A stretch of DNA of 64,000 nucleotides from Catajapyx aquilonaris (taxonomy: Eukaryota): the NCBI GenBank assembly GCA_000934665.2, contig JYFJ02000570.1, forward strand, positions 1 to 64,000, written 5' to 3'. Position 1 is the first letter of the stretch; each line of letters opens with the position of its first letter. The translations under genes and the position numbers were made by a program. Positions 11,556 through 26,400 of this stretch are shown here, piece after piece. The notes below the pieces were generated by a model. That model was not told the DNA's origin and did not search any database. It worked only from the letters and a program-made list of their open reading frames with translations.

Positions 11556-14500
11556 CACAGGTCACCTGGACGATATCAAAACCACAGCAGTTTTCACTAA
11601 CAGATCCACAGCTCTCCTGTATAATCAACCGCAGGGGTCACTTGTACAGTACAGTGCATCAGCAGAACTGGAGCAACTCACAAAGAGTCCGACTTTCCCA
11701 TCAGGTGTCACCTAGCAACCTTTGACATGGCGAAGGTACACAAAAGACGCAATTTGCCGTAAAAACTCTGGTGGTAAGCTGAATTGTGTCGGGTCACTAC
11801 ATCACGTTTTGTCCAACTGAAACCGCAATTTTTGCAATATGACATATTTTAAACCAAACTTTAAGTTAAGTTAACCAAACATTTTGCCCTGATGAGGTAA
11901 TAGGGATCGTAATAATTGCTACATAAATAACTGTAATATATCGTATGGATTATTTCACGTCAATCCTGCAGGTTTAGACACCTTGATGGGTATATGCTTC
12001 TGAAGTATACTGTATGAGAAGCACGATTTCCACTTCTGATGAACAATAAATGCGGTGACGGATTTAGACGAAAAGAAGCCCTAGGATATTCCGCTTGTGA
12101 GACTCTTCTCAAGCCCTCAGCATCACGACCGGAAAGATTTTGGAAAATTTTCTTGGAAGTCTTTTAAACCAAAAACCAAATTCAGTGAAGCCGAGGATGA
12201 TGAGTTTTTTTTAAATTCCGCAATCCACAATTCCTCCTCTGAAGGATATTATTGTTAAACTCCGCAGTGATTGAAAAAAAAGCTTATTTTAAAATGAACA
12301 GAGTGGAAAATAATTTTGTAAACAATTAGCTGTGGAAAAAGCAGTTCATAATATTTTGTATGAAATTTTTAAAATCTCAAATTCGAGTTTTAGCCCGGGT
12401 TGAAAAATTCATTCCATTCAAAAGTTCAGAAAATATATGCCTATTGAGCCCTTTCCTTATGCAAAATACGATGAGATACGACTGCAATTTTTATAACGGT
12501 ACAAATCGATAGCAATTTCAACTCATGCTTGGATCGGTCCACTAACACATCCTCATGCTTAAATCAGGCGCAATATGCAGTACAGAACCTACACGTGCAG
12601 AAAATCGCCCAAGTTAACAGGCAATCCAATTTGTCCATTTCCACAATAATTGAACCTCCTACTTCCAGTATATGCCTCCTCTAAACCTTGGACTCTCATA
12701 TGCCGAATATGATAATTAGATATACAACAATGCCCACACTGTGCGTACATGTAAACACCACATGACTTGCAGATATTGGGTGCCAATGTGTGGATGCGAT
12801 TGAAACCCGAATCGACAGGAAGTATAAGGACATTGCTCTAGGCGTGATGGGGGTGACCATAGCGTACCCCCTTGCACTCTAGACAGCATATGACTCACAT
12901 AGATAGTGAATCATACTAGCAGATTTTTCCTACCTCAAACTGCATATGTTAGAAGGTACACAATGCAACCAGATGTCAGGCTGTCAGTGCTTCATTTTTT
13001 ATAAGTGCATTCATTTCCCTAAGTATTCCTCAAATTAACTTGTACAGAAACTTCCACGTTGCCTGCTCTGAGGAATGTATTGACAACATTCGTTACAACA
13101 TTCACAGTACAATGACAGGGAAGTTGACCTAAAAGTTTGCCTGAATCATTATGAAAGCATTGCATACTGCATACCGTGCCACATCTTCACCTTGTGGATT
13201 GTTTGTGACCATAGCAATACAATGCTGCTAAAACATCAACAGCCTCAATGGGTACAATGAGACATTATGTGGAACAACTGCATTCTTTTCACATTCTCAC
13301 ATCATGATTTTATATTCCTCCGACCCCCACAATAATTTAGTGGAGATTTTCCATTATAATGAAAACGCGAAACTCACTTTTCCCCAATCTGTTACTACGA
13401 ATATCAAAAACTCAATTATGTAATTTGATCCACTTTCAACTCACAAGAGGCACTAGTAGCGTTAAAATGATTTCAACTACGAATATTTTGCAATCATGTC
13501 ACAGGACAATGATACCTCAGCATTAATTATTTTGAGTAACTTCCACCAAACAGCGGAAGTCGGATGGTGGGGGGGGGAAAAAAACCGATCCTTTCCTTCC
13601 TATACGGCTTCACCTAAAATCCAAAGCTCTGATTCTCCACAAAAAGTTGTTCCTACCTATATAACCTTCCCTGAAAATTATGAGCACATCCAATAATTGA
13701 CAAAAGCTGTGAAATTTTCCAGGAAATTTATTAACACAGATTCCCCGAGTCACTTTAGCTATCCCGCGACTACAAAGGAGAAAAAATGGACGCACTTTAC
13801 AGGGTGCTAATGCATTTATTGAGAGGACACCACAGCAGCAGGATCGAGTTGACTCCTAATGTCCTTGTCATCTGATATCTGCAAGGTTATCATAGCTATA
13901 GGCTATATAGAGATGGGTTTGCTCTTTTCTCCCTAGGTTCAACACTACTTGGATGCTATAAGATCCCAGTGTCTGTACTGCTCATCTATGCAATCATAGT
14001 GATGCATCGACAATCTGGTCGCAGATGTTACATAGTTGATGAATAGTACCACCCCAAGGTTATACCTTGTCACATAGTATATGACAATTGTTCCGAAACG
14101 TAAGCCCTATTTTTACATTCGAAAATATGGTGACCATTTGTTACCAGAAGACCTTTCCCAATAGTTTGCCTTTTGTTAATTAATCGACTGACTCGTGAAT
14201 CATGAAGAATAAAAGCGGAGGTCACCCTTCCAGATGTGCCATTATGTTTGAACACTCGCACAAATGTTGCACTTGATGCCTGGCAATATTGAGTCCCCAT
14301 ATTGCTCTATACAGACTGACACCCAGTGACTTGTCATAATGTCTGCATCACTCTCGAGCAAATATCATCTTCTGGTTATCACTTTTAGAGTTTTTTTTAT
14401 TATTACCGGAATCATATGTCCTCAAGGAACTTTAGAAAATGGCTTGAAGCCAGTACCCCTGCAACATTGTATCAGATAACATGAGATATCTCTGACCTCT

Positions 14501-17500
14501 TCGTCGGTGCTTATGCCAACCTGTGGCGAAGCATTTAAAAATGATTCCATGTTGTGGAAAGCTTATGTATTTCTTCGCAAACGTAATCTTATCATCAGTT
14601 ATCATGCAGATTAATTTTATCTTGTTATCATATATTTTACACCAGATATTTAATATCACCGATAACTAGAGCAACGTTGAGTGGCTGTTTTATACATATA
14701 AATGTTGCAACACAACAACTCTTATCTAATCGACTCAGCCTCAAGGCAGACCTCTCCAGAAGGCAGCCGCCAGTCTAACTCTTGTGGAAGTTTTTCAAAT
14801 ATTCTATGGAAAAAAACCATTGGAAATATTCGAACTAAAGTTTCCGTCCTTGTTGTGTCCCTTCTGGGTTCCTTTTACCCTGACCTGACCTTTTTTTACC
14901 CCCCTGAAGCTACAAGTCAAGAAGCAGACCCTTCCTTTCAGCTTTCGGGTGTTTTATGACATTCGTCCTCAAAGGCGGCATTCAGGGTGTCAATATACCT
15001 GGGGGAACCATGGGAAATCCAGAAGGCGCCAGGGAGGGACAGAACAACGAGGAGACGAAGAGGCGAGACCTATAGGTACGGCCAATGACCTTTTTTCGAT
15101 GGTAATGGCCCGTTATCAGGTTGACCACCGATAACTTATGCAAATTTCTACTTATCGAAACCGCAATTTGACTCAAAATGAGATCTAAATTTGGTAAAAA
15201 CTGCGTGGCAATTTTTATTCAATTGTCCAGTAAATCATTGATATTGTCCAGTACATACGCCTAGTGCAGCCCAATGACATTGAGATCACGCATCTTAGAT
15301 GTGTACTAAATGCACCACGCATATACTTATGACGCACAATTCAAACACGAAGGTCAGTCACTATCTATTGAGGTCTAGCCTATACGCAAATGGTAGGAAA
15401 ATCGAGCGCAAAACATTGCCGAATAAAACTGCACTTGTAGACATATATTTAGGACTAAGTGTACAGTACACCTGGGCCTCTCGCAACATTATCGAGCTTA
15501 GACAAAGGACCTTTTAACATATTTGTTGGTCAGAACCCTGACATTAGCAATGGAAAGTCTGAGCACCCTATTCTCTCGTCACCAAATCATTTTGTGATCT
15601 TGATTCCAACAGATGCTGAATCTATTGTATATGTTAACATGATTTTCGGTTATCTGCGTCACCTAATTTATATTATGTCTGTTGACATCATGTCCCAAGG
15701 TTAGTGGCATCTGGTATTTTTATGGCCGATACAAACCGTTGATGCTTTTACTATTGTTCACGGAATAATACTGCTTACATTTTTGGTATAGGCTAGTAAC
15801 AATCGAGATTCCTGTCAGTACCAACATGTAACTACATCCCACAACTATCCGGATTTCCAGCTAAATTTTCCTATCAGATTGTTTCTCAGAAACGTCTCAC
15901 CCGAATTCATCCCTGACATACCGTAAACATTTCCAGAATACAGCTGCCACCATGCGTTACCCCCCTGAGGGTCCACAACACCAAAGACGTGTGAAATATA
16001 ATTACACTACATGTACGTAACATATCCGACACATGTGTTCCACCTATTGTATCTTGAGAGTTCATGCCGATGATACATGACATTACCCCCCCCCCTCCCC
16101 CCACCCCCAGTCAATGACGCTTTGAATCCGGTTCATACACAGAACAAAACAGTTGTAGGCTGACATATAGTACATTAAAGGTTGAGCAGCCATAGTAGTC
16201 ACATTGCCGGAAGGCGTACCCGGTATGACAGTAATCGCCTATCAATCTGGGACCCGGCTACAAAATGACCCACAAAACGAGGTAACTGCAATAGTGCATC
16301 GACTGACATGTTGCAAATCTGACTACAGAAATTGACGATTGTGCAGTGCAATCTATACACGTACTATTCTGACACCTAATGAAAATCTTACAATGTTATG
16401 TTGACAAGTCACCTCAAGTAGGCCTATACAGCAGGTGCGCTGCCAACAGGTTGTGTCGAAAAGGTCAAGACATGATGAAACCAGTCTTCCCATTTTTATA
16501 ATCCCTAATTACGTAAACAATCGTGAGCAAAATCGTATAGAATCCTGACGCATTTATATTTTTTAGATATATATGATGTTGCTGATGACGTAACGTGACA
16601 TAACTAACTTTTTCGCAATCCTAACCGTGCAAAACGCATCTTTTCGTCTTCCAGTACGGAGAAGACATGATGTGGCCCCTCTCACTTGGACGATTACGTC
16701 ACTGTCGCTGAATATGTGTGACACATGACTTTTACCAGGCAATTTACATATTGTTGATGCACTTGTGTGCTATTAAAGCAGAAGCTCGTAACTTTCGCGA
16801 TGAACCATACGTCTAAAATAAGTCATTGCACCTGTACCACGATGAATCATACCAAAGATGTATCAAAACTATACTTGCTAGTTAGTACAAATGGCACCAT
16901 TTCCTGCCTCTCATATCGTAATACCGCGGGTACGGTCGTTGATCCCCGTGTTTACAAACTCCTTTAAACACCGTGTGTAATCATCGGTGCCGTCATATTG
17001 CCCCCTAGTCAGCAACACTGTTATCATTCATCATGACTTCCGCCGTAATTGATGAGCCTGACCTACACCGCTACACGGAGTGTGCACATTCTATTGACAG
17101 CAATGTACTTCCAAAATATGATTTCTACAAATACGCCATAGCCTACAATATATTCCACAATATAATGCAGGTCCGCTATCAACAGGTGTACACCTGTCAA
17201 CAGCGGACCCTGAATATATCGGACACGACGAAAAAAAAAAAAATGCGGTTCCAACGACAGGATTTTCCTTCAGTTTTTGTCTGTGATAATGATAAAACTT
17301 GTCTAATACGGAAGAGGTCAGCAGTTAGTTTCAATAAAAATTTCCCATACAATTTAGCAGCAACCGGCTACAAATTGCAATGTCACGCTCCGTCACGCCA
17401 ACCCCTGCCCATGTGTATGACTTACACGTGTACGTCCAACTACCAAAATATCCACCGACAGGTCCATGTGCGCACTAATTGTTCCCACCCTTATCAACAC

Positions 17501-17694
17501 CCACTAATCAGTCACGAGGCAACGGTGTGTACTACTGATCGACACAGTTGGAGGCTACCCCTCCGACCCCCCTTTCCACGTGAGTTCCAACGTGTAAACA
17601 TGCGAATGGTGCGCTCGACACGGGGCAAAAACATGTGCTCATCATTTTTCCGGGATACACTCGACCTTCAGGGTATGGTACTGCAAAAACTCAC

Positions 17695-17940
17695 CTGAGC
17701 CTCCGGCCTCTCCCCCTAGGCCGGCCGCTTCCTCCCCCTCGCAGTATTGTCACACACTTTGAAACCACCTTGTAATGCGTGCACCACCACAGCCACACGC
17801 AATGTGATCCGCACGCACTGATCTCCTCTATCGAATGGCCCTCTTGCTCCCCGACGCCTGAGCAGACACTACTGATTAGTGCGCGCTGGATCATACAGCC
17901 AATCACAGCCATACGCGCTCAGAATCGGACCAATCAGGAA
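17695..17940 (-). promoter_or_regulatory. Putative promoter and 5' exon of gene A
   Basis: Local GC/CpG-rich island, two CCAAT boxes (17899-17903, 17930-17934), and a strong minus-strand donor CAG|gtgagt at 17695/17694 that could splice to the acceptor at 9167-9168 just upstream of the gene A ATG. Linkage to gene A is inferred. Confidence 0.45.
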
Positions 17941-20376
17941 GGGATACGTCGGGGGGTGTGCTAATCCCAGGGTTGGAGATAAGGGGGGTATCATTGGAAA
18001 TATAGCCGGATAGGGGATGCTGGGTAGTCAATAAATGTTGTGGACAAGGAGATCTTACCGTGGTGGGGATGCTTGTGGCAATATGTAGGTGGCCAGATGG
18101 AGCACCACATTTTGTAGTGTGGACTTCAAATAATAATTAAGGCTGAAGCTATTCTTATGCAAATTGGCATATGGTTTATAATACTAAAAAAGTGTGAGAT
18201 ACAGACATTCATGCAAAAACATGTGGGATTTTTACATGAATAATTTAGTACCGTAGCGAATTTGCAAATGGTGGTCTAACAATGCGCTCATTGCAGTAGC
18301 ACTTGCGGGTACATAGAAATTGCAAGAATATTCATTTCCCGCATTGTGTGTTTGGTTTGTAATTTTAGTACAGCAATATGCACGGATACGTGTCCATTTT
18401 ATTTTATGACCACCAATCAAGTCGGTCCATGTTTTTTGACATTTCCATTGTTGACTTATCGTTGAGAGAAAGAGAAAAAGAGACAATGACACAAGAGATC
18501 TATGATATACTTGTTTCATGGAACTGTCAAAAGTTACAGCGAATAGAGCGTATAACTCACTTTTTGTAAAACCTACATACACATCTGAATTTACAAGTGC
18601 GTGTCATACGAGTGTCATACAAGTATTCACAAGCCTGCATCATATTCCGCCCACACAAATCCTGTTGATACAAACAGGCACTTGGTTTACAACATTTAAA
18701 AAAATGCCGCGCGTTCCTCTAAAACTATGCAAAAAAAATAATAAAAATCCCCGACGATCTAAATATAGTCCACGGGGCTTTGCTCTTCTTGGCACAGATG
18801 ACCCCTTTAAGACGTCACAGGTTGATCTCACGTCCAGGGTTAACCGCACGAACCTGCTGCATTGTATTTCACGTCATGTTTGTCATTCCTCAGACACCAA
18901 ACATAGCATTCCCCTTTCGATAAATTATTCGTATTCACCAATAAAGAACTGAGTCATTCCCTGACATTCCTGAATCTGTTGTATTGGTAAGGTCACCTAC
19001 AAGAATGGGTGTCACCAAAGACTTGTGCATGGGTTATTTTTGGAGCATCCAGTACAGGCACAATAAAAGTTAATGGTGAGGCCAGACTCAGAACTATTTC
19101 AGGTTTTACTACCTGATAAATTCGGTGTAAAATTTATCATCGAGGTCACACTGTCAGACTAATTAAGTTGCAAAGCATTGTACAAACTTCTGGACACACA
19201 TTGTGTTTCACTCCGCAATAAAGGTAACAGTCTGTAACAGGTGCGACTTCCACGGTATATTAACTATCCCGTAAACAAGACGTTTCCTGGAAATGTTGTC
19301 AAACGTGGATGAGTTCCTTTGTATTCTCTGAGCATCTCCTGCACATAACAATTTTATGCAGTTTTCAAATGCTTCCATGTTTTTTTGTGCAGTGTACGAC
19401 ATCCTTGAAAGAATTGGCTCATGTAGCCATATGTTGGATAGATATCGATATCTGGTCTGAACCTAGGAAGAGCAGCATCTGCAGCCTCAGATAAGAGTGG
19501 TTTTGTTGCCATTGCATGGCATGCTAGGGGTCATTCTTGACACATCCGCTGCTAATGAAAAGCTGGTTACGCTCTGAAGCACAGCTGGCATGCAAATTAC
19601 ATGTCAATTTTCAGCTGGTGTTGGATATCATGCTTTTGAGAGAGGAATACATATTATCAATTTGTGTCTTTGAGTTTGGGATATCAGATTAGTTGCAAGA
19701 CCTGTTGCTTTTTGCTCAGGCTATAGTACGCCGCTGACATTGAATTCATGAAGGAAAGGCTCAAGCACCGGCATAATTATGAACGCAGTGCCCATTCAGT
19801 CCCATTGTTATCTCTTTTCCTGGTAAATTCCAGAGCGCTTAATGGTGGAGATAACAAGCACTCTTACAGTATATTACGGATCAAACGTTGACGTATTGAA
19901 TCCTAACAGGCTGACTTGTCAAAAGACCCAATTAGTTTTCCGGTGCGACCTCCACCACCCAAGCTACCCGTGATGCAACCTAATCAATACCGGCACTTGC
20001 CGCCAATCAGACATATTCCCTGAAAAATGAGAGGGGACAAGGGTCGCAATTATAAAACTTAAAGCCAAATGTTGTAGCAGGACTTGTTTCGATCTACTCC
20101 AACCAATGATATAAATTAATGAATGGAAACACCATCAACAAAACCTGCAACTATGTGTGGGTTTTTAACTCCCACAGAGTCCGGGTATAGAAGAGAGTGA
20201 AAAGTGACAACAGGGAAACTGGGAAAGGGTAATAAAGAAATGACCACAATAATTATGCCACCATCGTCGCCACTTATCACAGGATGATTGTTCACAATAC
20301 TGCATATAGGATTTGCAACTTGGGCACACTTGATTTCTGTTCCCAGGTGGCTTGCAGCAGTGGCAGTGCAGCAGAC

Positions 20377-20418
20377 TCAACCAGAACACACCTCTGAATG
20401 TTCATCCCACGCAGCCAC
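20377..20418 (-). CDS. Gene B terminal 42-nt coding exon completing the MYND finger
   Basis: ttgcag|GTG GCT GCG TGG GAT GAA CAT TCA GAG GTG TGT TCT GGT TGA supplies the last His and Cys ligands. Confidence 0.9.
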   Translation of the reverse strand: MAAWDEHSEVCSG

Positions 20419-23400
20419 CTGCAAATCAAGGACATGGAATCCATAAAGTCCCCGCATGTTACGGAAAGAGGAATTTGGGCCAACAAATGAAACATGCATA
20501 GGTAATGGGGGGGGAAAGCTTTTGTCAAGAGGAATTTACTGCATCTGCTGCAGAGACCATGCTTATCTATTCTATGCCTGAAAGGACACGATGGCTTAGC
20601 AAGTCAATATGATGATTTTACTATGCCTAATTTTGTATTGGTTATGCAAAAATTGCAATAGAATCTAAAATGTTCACAGCTTTCATTTGTTTAATGAAGA
20701 AAATCATGTAATTTCTTCAATTTCACTCCNCCCCCCCCCCCCCCATGACTTAACACAAATTAATCAAATGTAAAAACCATACAGTGTGTTTCAAGTACTG
20801 GTATCTGGGTCCTTTTAGGTTTTGCACATTTTCCCTGAACTTGTAATATTTTTGTGTACAAATAACAAGTTCAGGGAAAATTTGAAAAAACTATATCAGA
20901 ATTTATTCACCCTCTATTCTTAGGCAGGAAAGCAAGAGCGGAGCCTAGATGGCCAAGTTTTCTCGTGCCTAAGAAATTCCCATATCGTTCATGGAAACTG
21001 AGATTTCATTATCTTGATGAATGCATGATTGCTTGCCCCTTTGTCATATACCTTTGAAGGTATGCCACCTACACACCAGTATTGCACAATCATGAAGTTA
21101 ATTAAATGTCAATTTTAATAGACAATATGTAACTTCAAAATATAGCTGTCACCCATGCCAGTTGGCAAAAATATTAGTGAGTAAAAATAAAAATTATTAC
21201 TAGTTATCGGTGTGACAATTTTCAACAAAACAAAAAATTGTAAATCCATATTGCTGAATCTGTCACATCCGGGGTCCCAGATAATTATATAAAAAACAGC
21301 ATCGTCCACAAGAGGTGAATGTACAGGAAATACGAAAAACTGCTAATGACTTAACTTGCACCTGTACAAGTTTGAAATTTTTTACATACATGAGTTGCCG
21401 CAGTTCAACTTCATATGATAATGTACACAAATGTGACATCAATATCCAATGACATTAAATTAAATGACTGCTGAACTTGGCTGTTTTTGATCGGGGACCC
21501 CTATTATGTTAAAGAAAACCTGCTGTGCAATTCTAACTTTCACATTTTTAAGAGATACTGTACTATGAATTGCCTAGGAAACAAAAATCTTTGCCATGTA
21601 AAAAAGTAGATGCCCTTTACATGTCCTACAGGTAGACTCTTTTCCTGTAAGCTCAGGAGTATTGTTGGCTCTCTGATTGCAAGGTTAAGGGAAGTGCCCA
21701 GAAGAAAATCCACCTTTGGTTCTCTTTCCTGATAGGAACAACAAGTACTCAAGACAGGAGCAACGGTGAGCCATTGGGCAATTCTATTCTCACCTATGGG
21801 GGAGGAGCAAGGGTGCATGTGCTTTCAGGGACTGGGAATGGAACGCAAGGCAGGTGTGCTTGATAAGGCAGCTGTCCTGGTTCCTCCCCAACAATTGGAA
21901 ATAGAATCACCTCATAGGCAACTTCCCAGTGCACAGTTGTTTCCATCACAGAGTACTCCCTTGACTTAGGATCATGCGCATTTCCACCAGTACATATGAT
22001 CAGCTGAATTCTGTTGGAGGTGGTGCAGTATTGTCATAAATTTTTTGCCATTGTGTAGGAGGGATCAGGACCGCAGTGCCAATGCAAATATAATTGTAAT
22101 ACACTATCCACTTAAAAAATTACTTCAATTTCCACCCTGGAGCGATGTATCCAAATTCTATTTAAGAACACCACTTCCTTCCACGGCCTACAAAGTATGT
22201 AGGAGCACCCATAAAAATGATATGACATAAAAGAGTGCTTCATGTTTGTGTAACTCACCTGGCAGTCCCTACTACAGTACCACTGGTTTCCACATCCAGC
22301 ACATACAAACTGTGCTGCCTTTTGCTGGCACCCTTGGCACTGGGGTACCTTTCCATCACCATCCACTCCAGATCTGGACACACTTGGTCCTGTTGTTGGG
22401 CCATCTTGCTGGTTGCCTCCTGTCTCATCTATCACCAGACGATCAGCACTGTCCTCTTGCTCATCTTCCTGTATATGCATAAATGATATTACATTTTTAT
22501 AACTGATATTTATAATAAGTTAAATCACTCACTCACCACAATCAACTCTTCCTTTGGTGCAGTTCTTGAGGATAATCCTACCCTAGTGATAGAAACTGAG
22601 TCTTTGGTCTGGAACAAACAACAATAATGAGTATCATTTCTGCAACCTTCAGAACAGTGAAATTCACCTTGGAAGAAGCAAGTAATTCTGACAGTGACAA
22701 TGATGAGGAAGAGGTCTGGCTGTTTGATAGAGCATGTTGGGAATGTGCTGCCACATTGTTCCCAATACTATTGCTACCAACACTAGTGTTGTTGCTGTTG
22801 TTATTGCTGATTGCTTCGGGGGATGTCAGCAATCGTGCCAGGGTGGGTGAGAAAGCAGCATTTGGAAGGAGTGATGTTCTTCGGGGATTGCTGGCGGTGT
22901 TTGGAATTCCAGCAGCATTTGCCCTGGTAAGGATCCCTTGCAGAAGAGCAGCTGAAGATGTCACTGGTGGTCGAGAGGAACCAACAGATGGTGTGGACAT
23001 AGAGGAGCTGGTAAGGGAAGGGGAAGAGACAGTGGAGGAAGTCGGTGTAGTTGGGGTGACAGTAGGAAGGAGAGTGGACCTCAATTGTGGGAGTGGAGGG
23101 AGGGAGGATGCCCTGGCCGGGAGCTGTTGGTGCTGCTGGTTCTGGCTCTGACTCATTTTTGCAAACTGGAGAAGCACATCCTGCACAAAGGAGCCACAGG
23201 TTTACATTAGTACTGCTGCAACACAATAATACCTATGTGATGTCAATTAAATGATGCAACTATGAACTGCACACAAAGAAAAATTGGTGACTAAAGTGAG
23301 ACACACCCGGCAACATCTTGTTTGATGGTGCTTTTCAATTAATTTTTATTATTTGGGGTGCTTGCCCTGCATTTACAGCATAATACTATCGTATGTGCAT

Positions 23401-26400
23401 TGATAGCAATTTTCAATGCATTATTTTTACTGTTACATCATTTTTGCAGCCTAGTTCTATTAGAAACTAAATATAAGCTACAGGGAACATGTTCTAAGGC
23501 ACATGCACCAGCACATAAGAATAAAGTGTATGATTCACTTTATGATGATATTTGATTGACAGCAGTGGTCTGGAACCGGACCCACCATACTAACTAGGTC
23601 TCCCTGTATTCAACAGGATATCATATGTAATTCTACGGGCATTATGTCTCCAGCCAATTATTTACTGTATTGCTGTAGAATGACTCAATTACAAAATCTT
23701 GTGTGTAACTGGGTATGCATTGACTGCCACTGATATTCTACACAAGGCAGCAGTGTACATCACTTCCACTTGAAACATCATCTAAAAGGCCAATGGTATG
23801 TATTGGAAAAAGTGAAGTTGACCAGTTAAGCGTTTTCGAAGTTTCTGCACTGGTGGCGCTACTTTCATATTAGCATAAGGCAAGAATGTGCCAGCATATG
23901 GAGTTTTTAAACACCCATCATTCAGAAAATTATTCACATGACAGGACAAAAACCAAATATTTTCAGAAATAATTTCTTTTGACAATCCTGATGATCAAAA
24001 GTAATACACATTGGAATGGCACTCTTTCTTCCGTGTACACCTCATGAATGCTGACTGTGACCAAAACAATGACAACTGCTCACCTTAAAACTGACACTGT
24101 TGTCAGCCATGGGCAAAGAAGAGTTCCCAGTTCCACCAGTACTTGAACTGGAGCTGGCACTGGCAGGCCTTCCTTCATCAGGTATCTCAACCATTCCGCC
24201 AGATGCACCCAGAGATGGGTATAGCGCTCTGACCCTTCTACCCCTCCTGGGGACTTCCTCTGGATGCTTGGATCTGTAGTCAGCAATGATGGACCGTACA
24301 TCCACAATTGGGCCCTGCCTGCCTTCACCTATTACAGCCGCTGGGCCAGCAGCAGGTTTGGGAAGGATGGGTCTTGGCGCTCTACTACTTCCACTACTGC
24401 TCCCAGGCTTCATAGAGTCAGCTTCTGCTTTGTCTGCTGGTGATGCCATCAGAGGCACCATCATCAATGGCACCTGTGGTGTTGTCTTAATGATTTGCAC
24501 TCCTTGCGGTACAAAGAGTTGTGGCACTGGGGTTGTTGGAGTAGACGATGATGGCAACTGTTGCTGTTGTGATTGAGTTGCTGGTGTGTTGAGTGGGGGG
24601 CTTGATCCAGCACTACCATCCATGAGTAGGACATCTCTCCTCCGCCTCATCCTCACAAAGAGCTCCTCCTTGACCTTCTTCAACCGGATGATGTTGTTCC
24701 ACTCACGCTCCTTGAGACGAGCCATGGCTCCTAGGGTCCGAATCTCCTTTTGCAATCTGCTCAGCACGGAGCGAACCTCTTCTACCCCTTCCTCTCCATC
24801 ATCAGGGTCCACTTTTGCTCTCTTAGCCCCATCTTCCCTACCTCCACTTCCTGGCCTCTTTATGGGGGAACTCACCCTCAGCATCTTCTTTGGCCCTACA
24901 AAAGTTTCTCCAGCATCATCACTGTCTGATGCACCTGAGGACATTTCCTCCTCCTCCTCCTCCTCATCGTCTTCCTCGTCTTCTTCCACCACCTCGTCCT
25001 CTTGATCATCATCCACCTCTTCCACCTCCTCTGCCCCCTCTTCCGCTGCTGCTACCACCACTCCCGATGTTGAGGTTGAAGATGACACTGCCACGGACAC
25101 TGGCACTGCTGCTGGCACTGGCACTGTGCCTTCGTCCTTGACTGACTGCCCCGAACACCCCTCTGCTTCCTCTACTGGTACTGATAACTGACCCTCCTCT
25201 GACTTCCCACAAGGTACTTCTGTTGAAGGTTCGCCTGTAAGAGAAAATGAAAATGAAATAAACAATGACTCACTATTGGTCTAAAAAGCTAGAGACATTG
25301 GTTGCCCCTAGTACATGCAATTGGCTTCCTCCAGCTACGAGGAGGTTCTGCGCCATAATATTTGCATAGCTATAATATGCATTTCAAAAATCAGTTCAGC
25401 TGTGTAACAATGGGAATCCTCTGGTAACTCATCTCTCTCTTCCACATCTGAAATTCAAGACTCAGGAGAGAGAGAATGGGAAAAATTCACAGAATTTCCA
25501 CCATCAGAAAAATAAACTGATTCTGGAATACACATTAAGATACTGCAAGATTTTAACGGTGTAAGTTGCAAACAGAATTAGAGACAGAATTGCTTAGAGG
25601 CCTGCCCTCTGCCAGGCCATATTTGAGACTCCAGAACAGAGTCTAATGAAAAGTTTTGGGTTACTGAAACTACCTGAGTAATTATTAGAGAAAATGTGAC
25701 GACAAGATGATGATATAAAGATCTCAAGCTTTTCAAAACTATTTTGAAAAAAAAAGTAGACAGTTGTCGATTTCAGATGTGTAAATAAAAATTTTGGGAG
25801 CGCATTGTGGTTTTTAAAATAAATAGCGGACCTTACTTTCTGGATACGCTAATAATATTTCCTTTGCCGCAAATGACACAGGTATACCAGTGAGCATTGA
25901 GGTCAGTTACAACAACTTTAATTTCTTGAATGAGTGGAGTTCAGTGACCTATTTATTTCAAGTTAGAAAGCACAGTGCATTGGCTCCAAGGTACCAACCC
26001 AAGCAGCCCTATTTCTTCATAATCATGTGCTAACAAAAGTGACCTAAATTGATAATGTGGTTAATCTTGTCACTGAAACCATGCCCTCAGGTCAACTAAG
26101 TGGAAAAACAGAGTGAATAAAAGTGGGGCATATTTTGTCCAGTGTTATCATTGGAGATAATGTAAGTAAACTTAAAGTGACTATTTTGAGAAGGTATGTC
26201 ATAAATAAGCCTTAGAATTCTAACCCTCAATTGTGTTGCCCTGCAACATATCTTACATAGGTGGAGTACTGTTTAAAATGCAAAGTGCATTTGAGATTTT
26301 TTTAAAGTGTACATCAGTAAGAAAATATGCTATGCAAAGGTGCCAAAATGATATAATTACAGAGCTATGGCTCTTTTGACTATTATAAGAATATGCACTT

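Noticed and set aside
11434..11715. ORF with a poly-Ile hydrophobic stretch
   Set aside because: Produced by the (AAT)21 microsatellite.
17033..17698. 221-aa plus-strand ORF
   Set aside because: No recognisable motif, AT-rich with a poly-A run, no supporting splice structure. Probably chance, though it cannot be excluded without expression data.
19440..19453. Palindrome agatatcgatatct containing the DRE TATCGATA
   Set aside because: Isolated, in the likely 3' UTR or downstream region of gene B, with no promoter context.
20730..20744. N followed by a poly-C run (another N at 47288)
   Set aside because: Assembly or sequencing ambiguity, not a biological feature.
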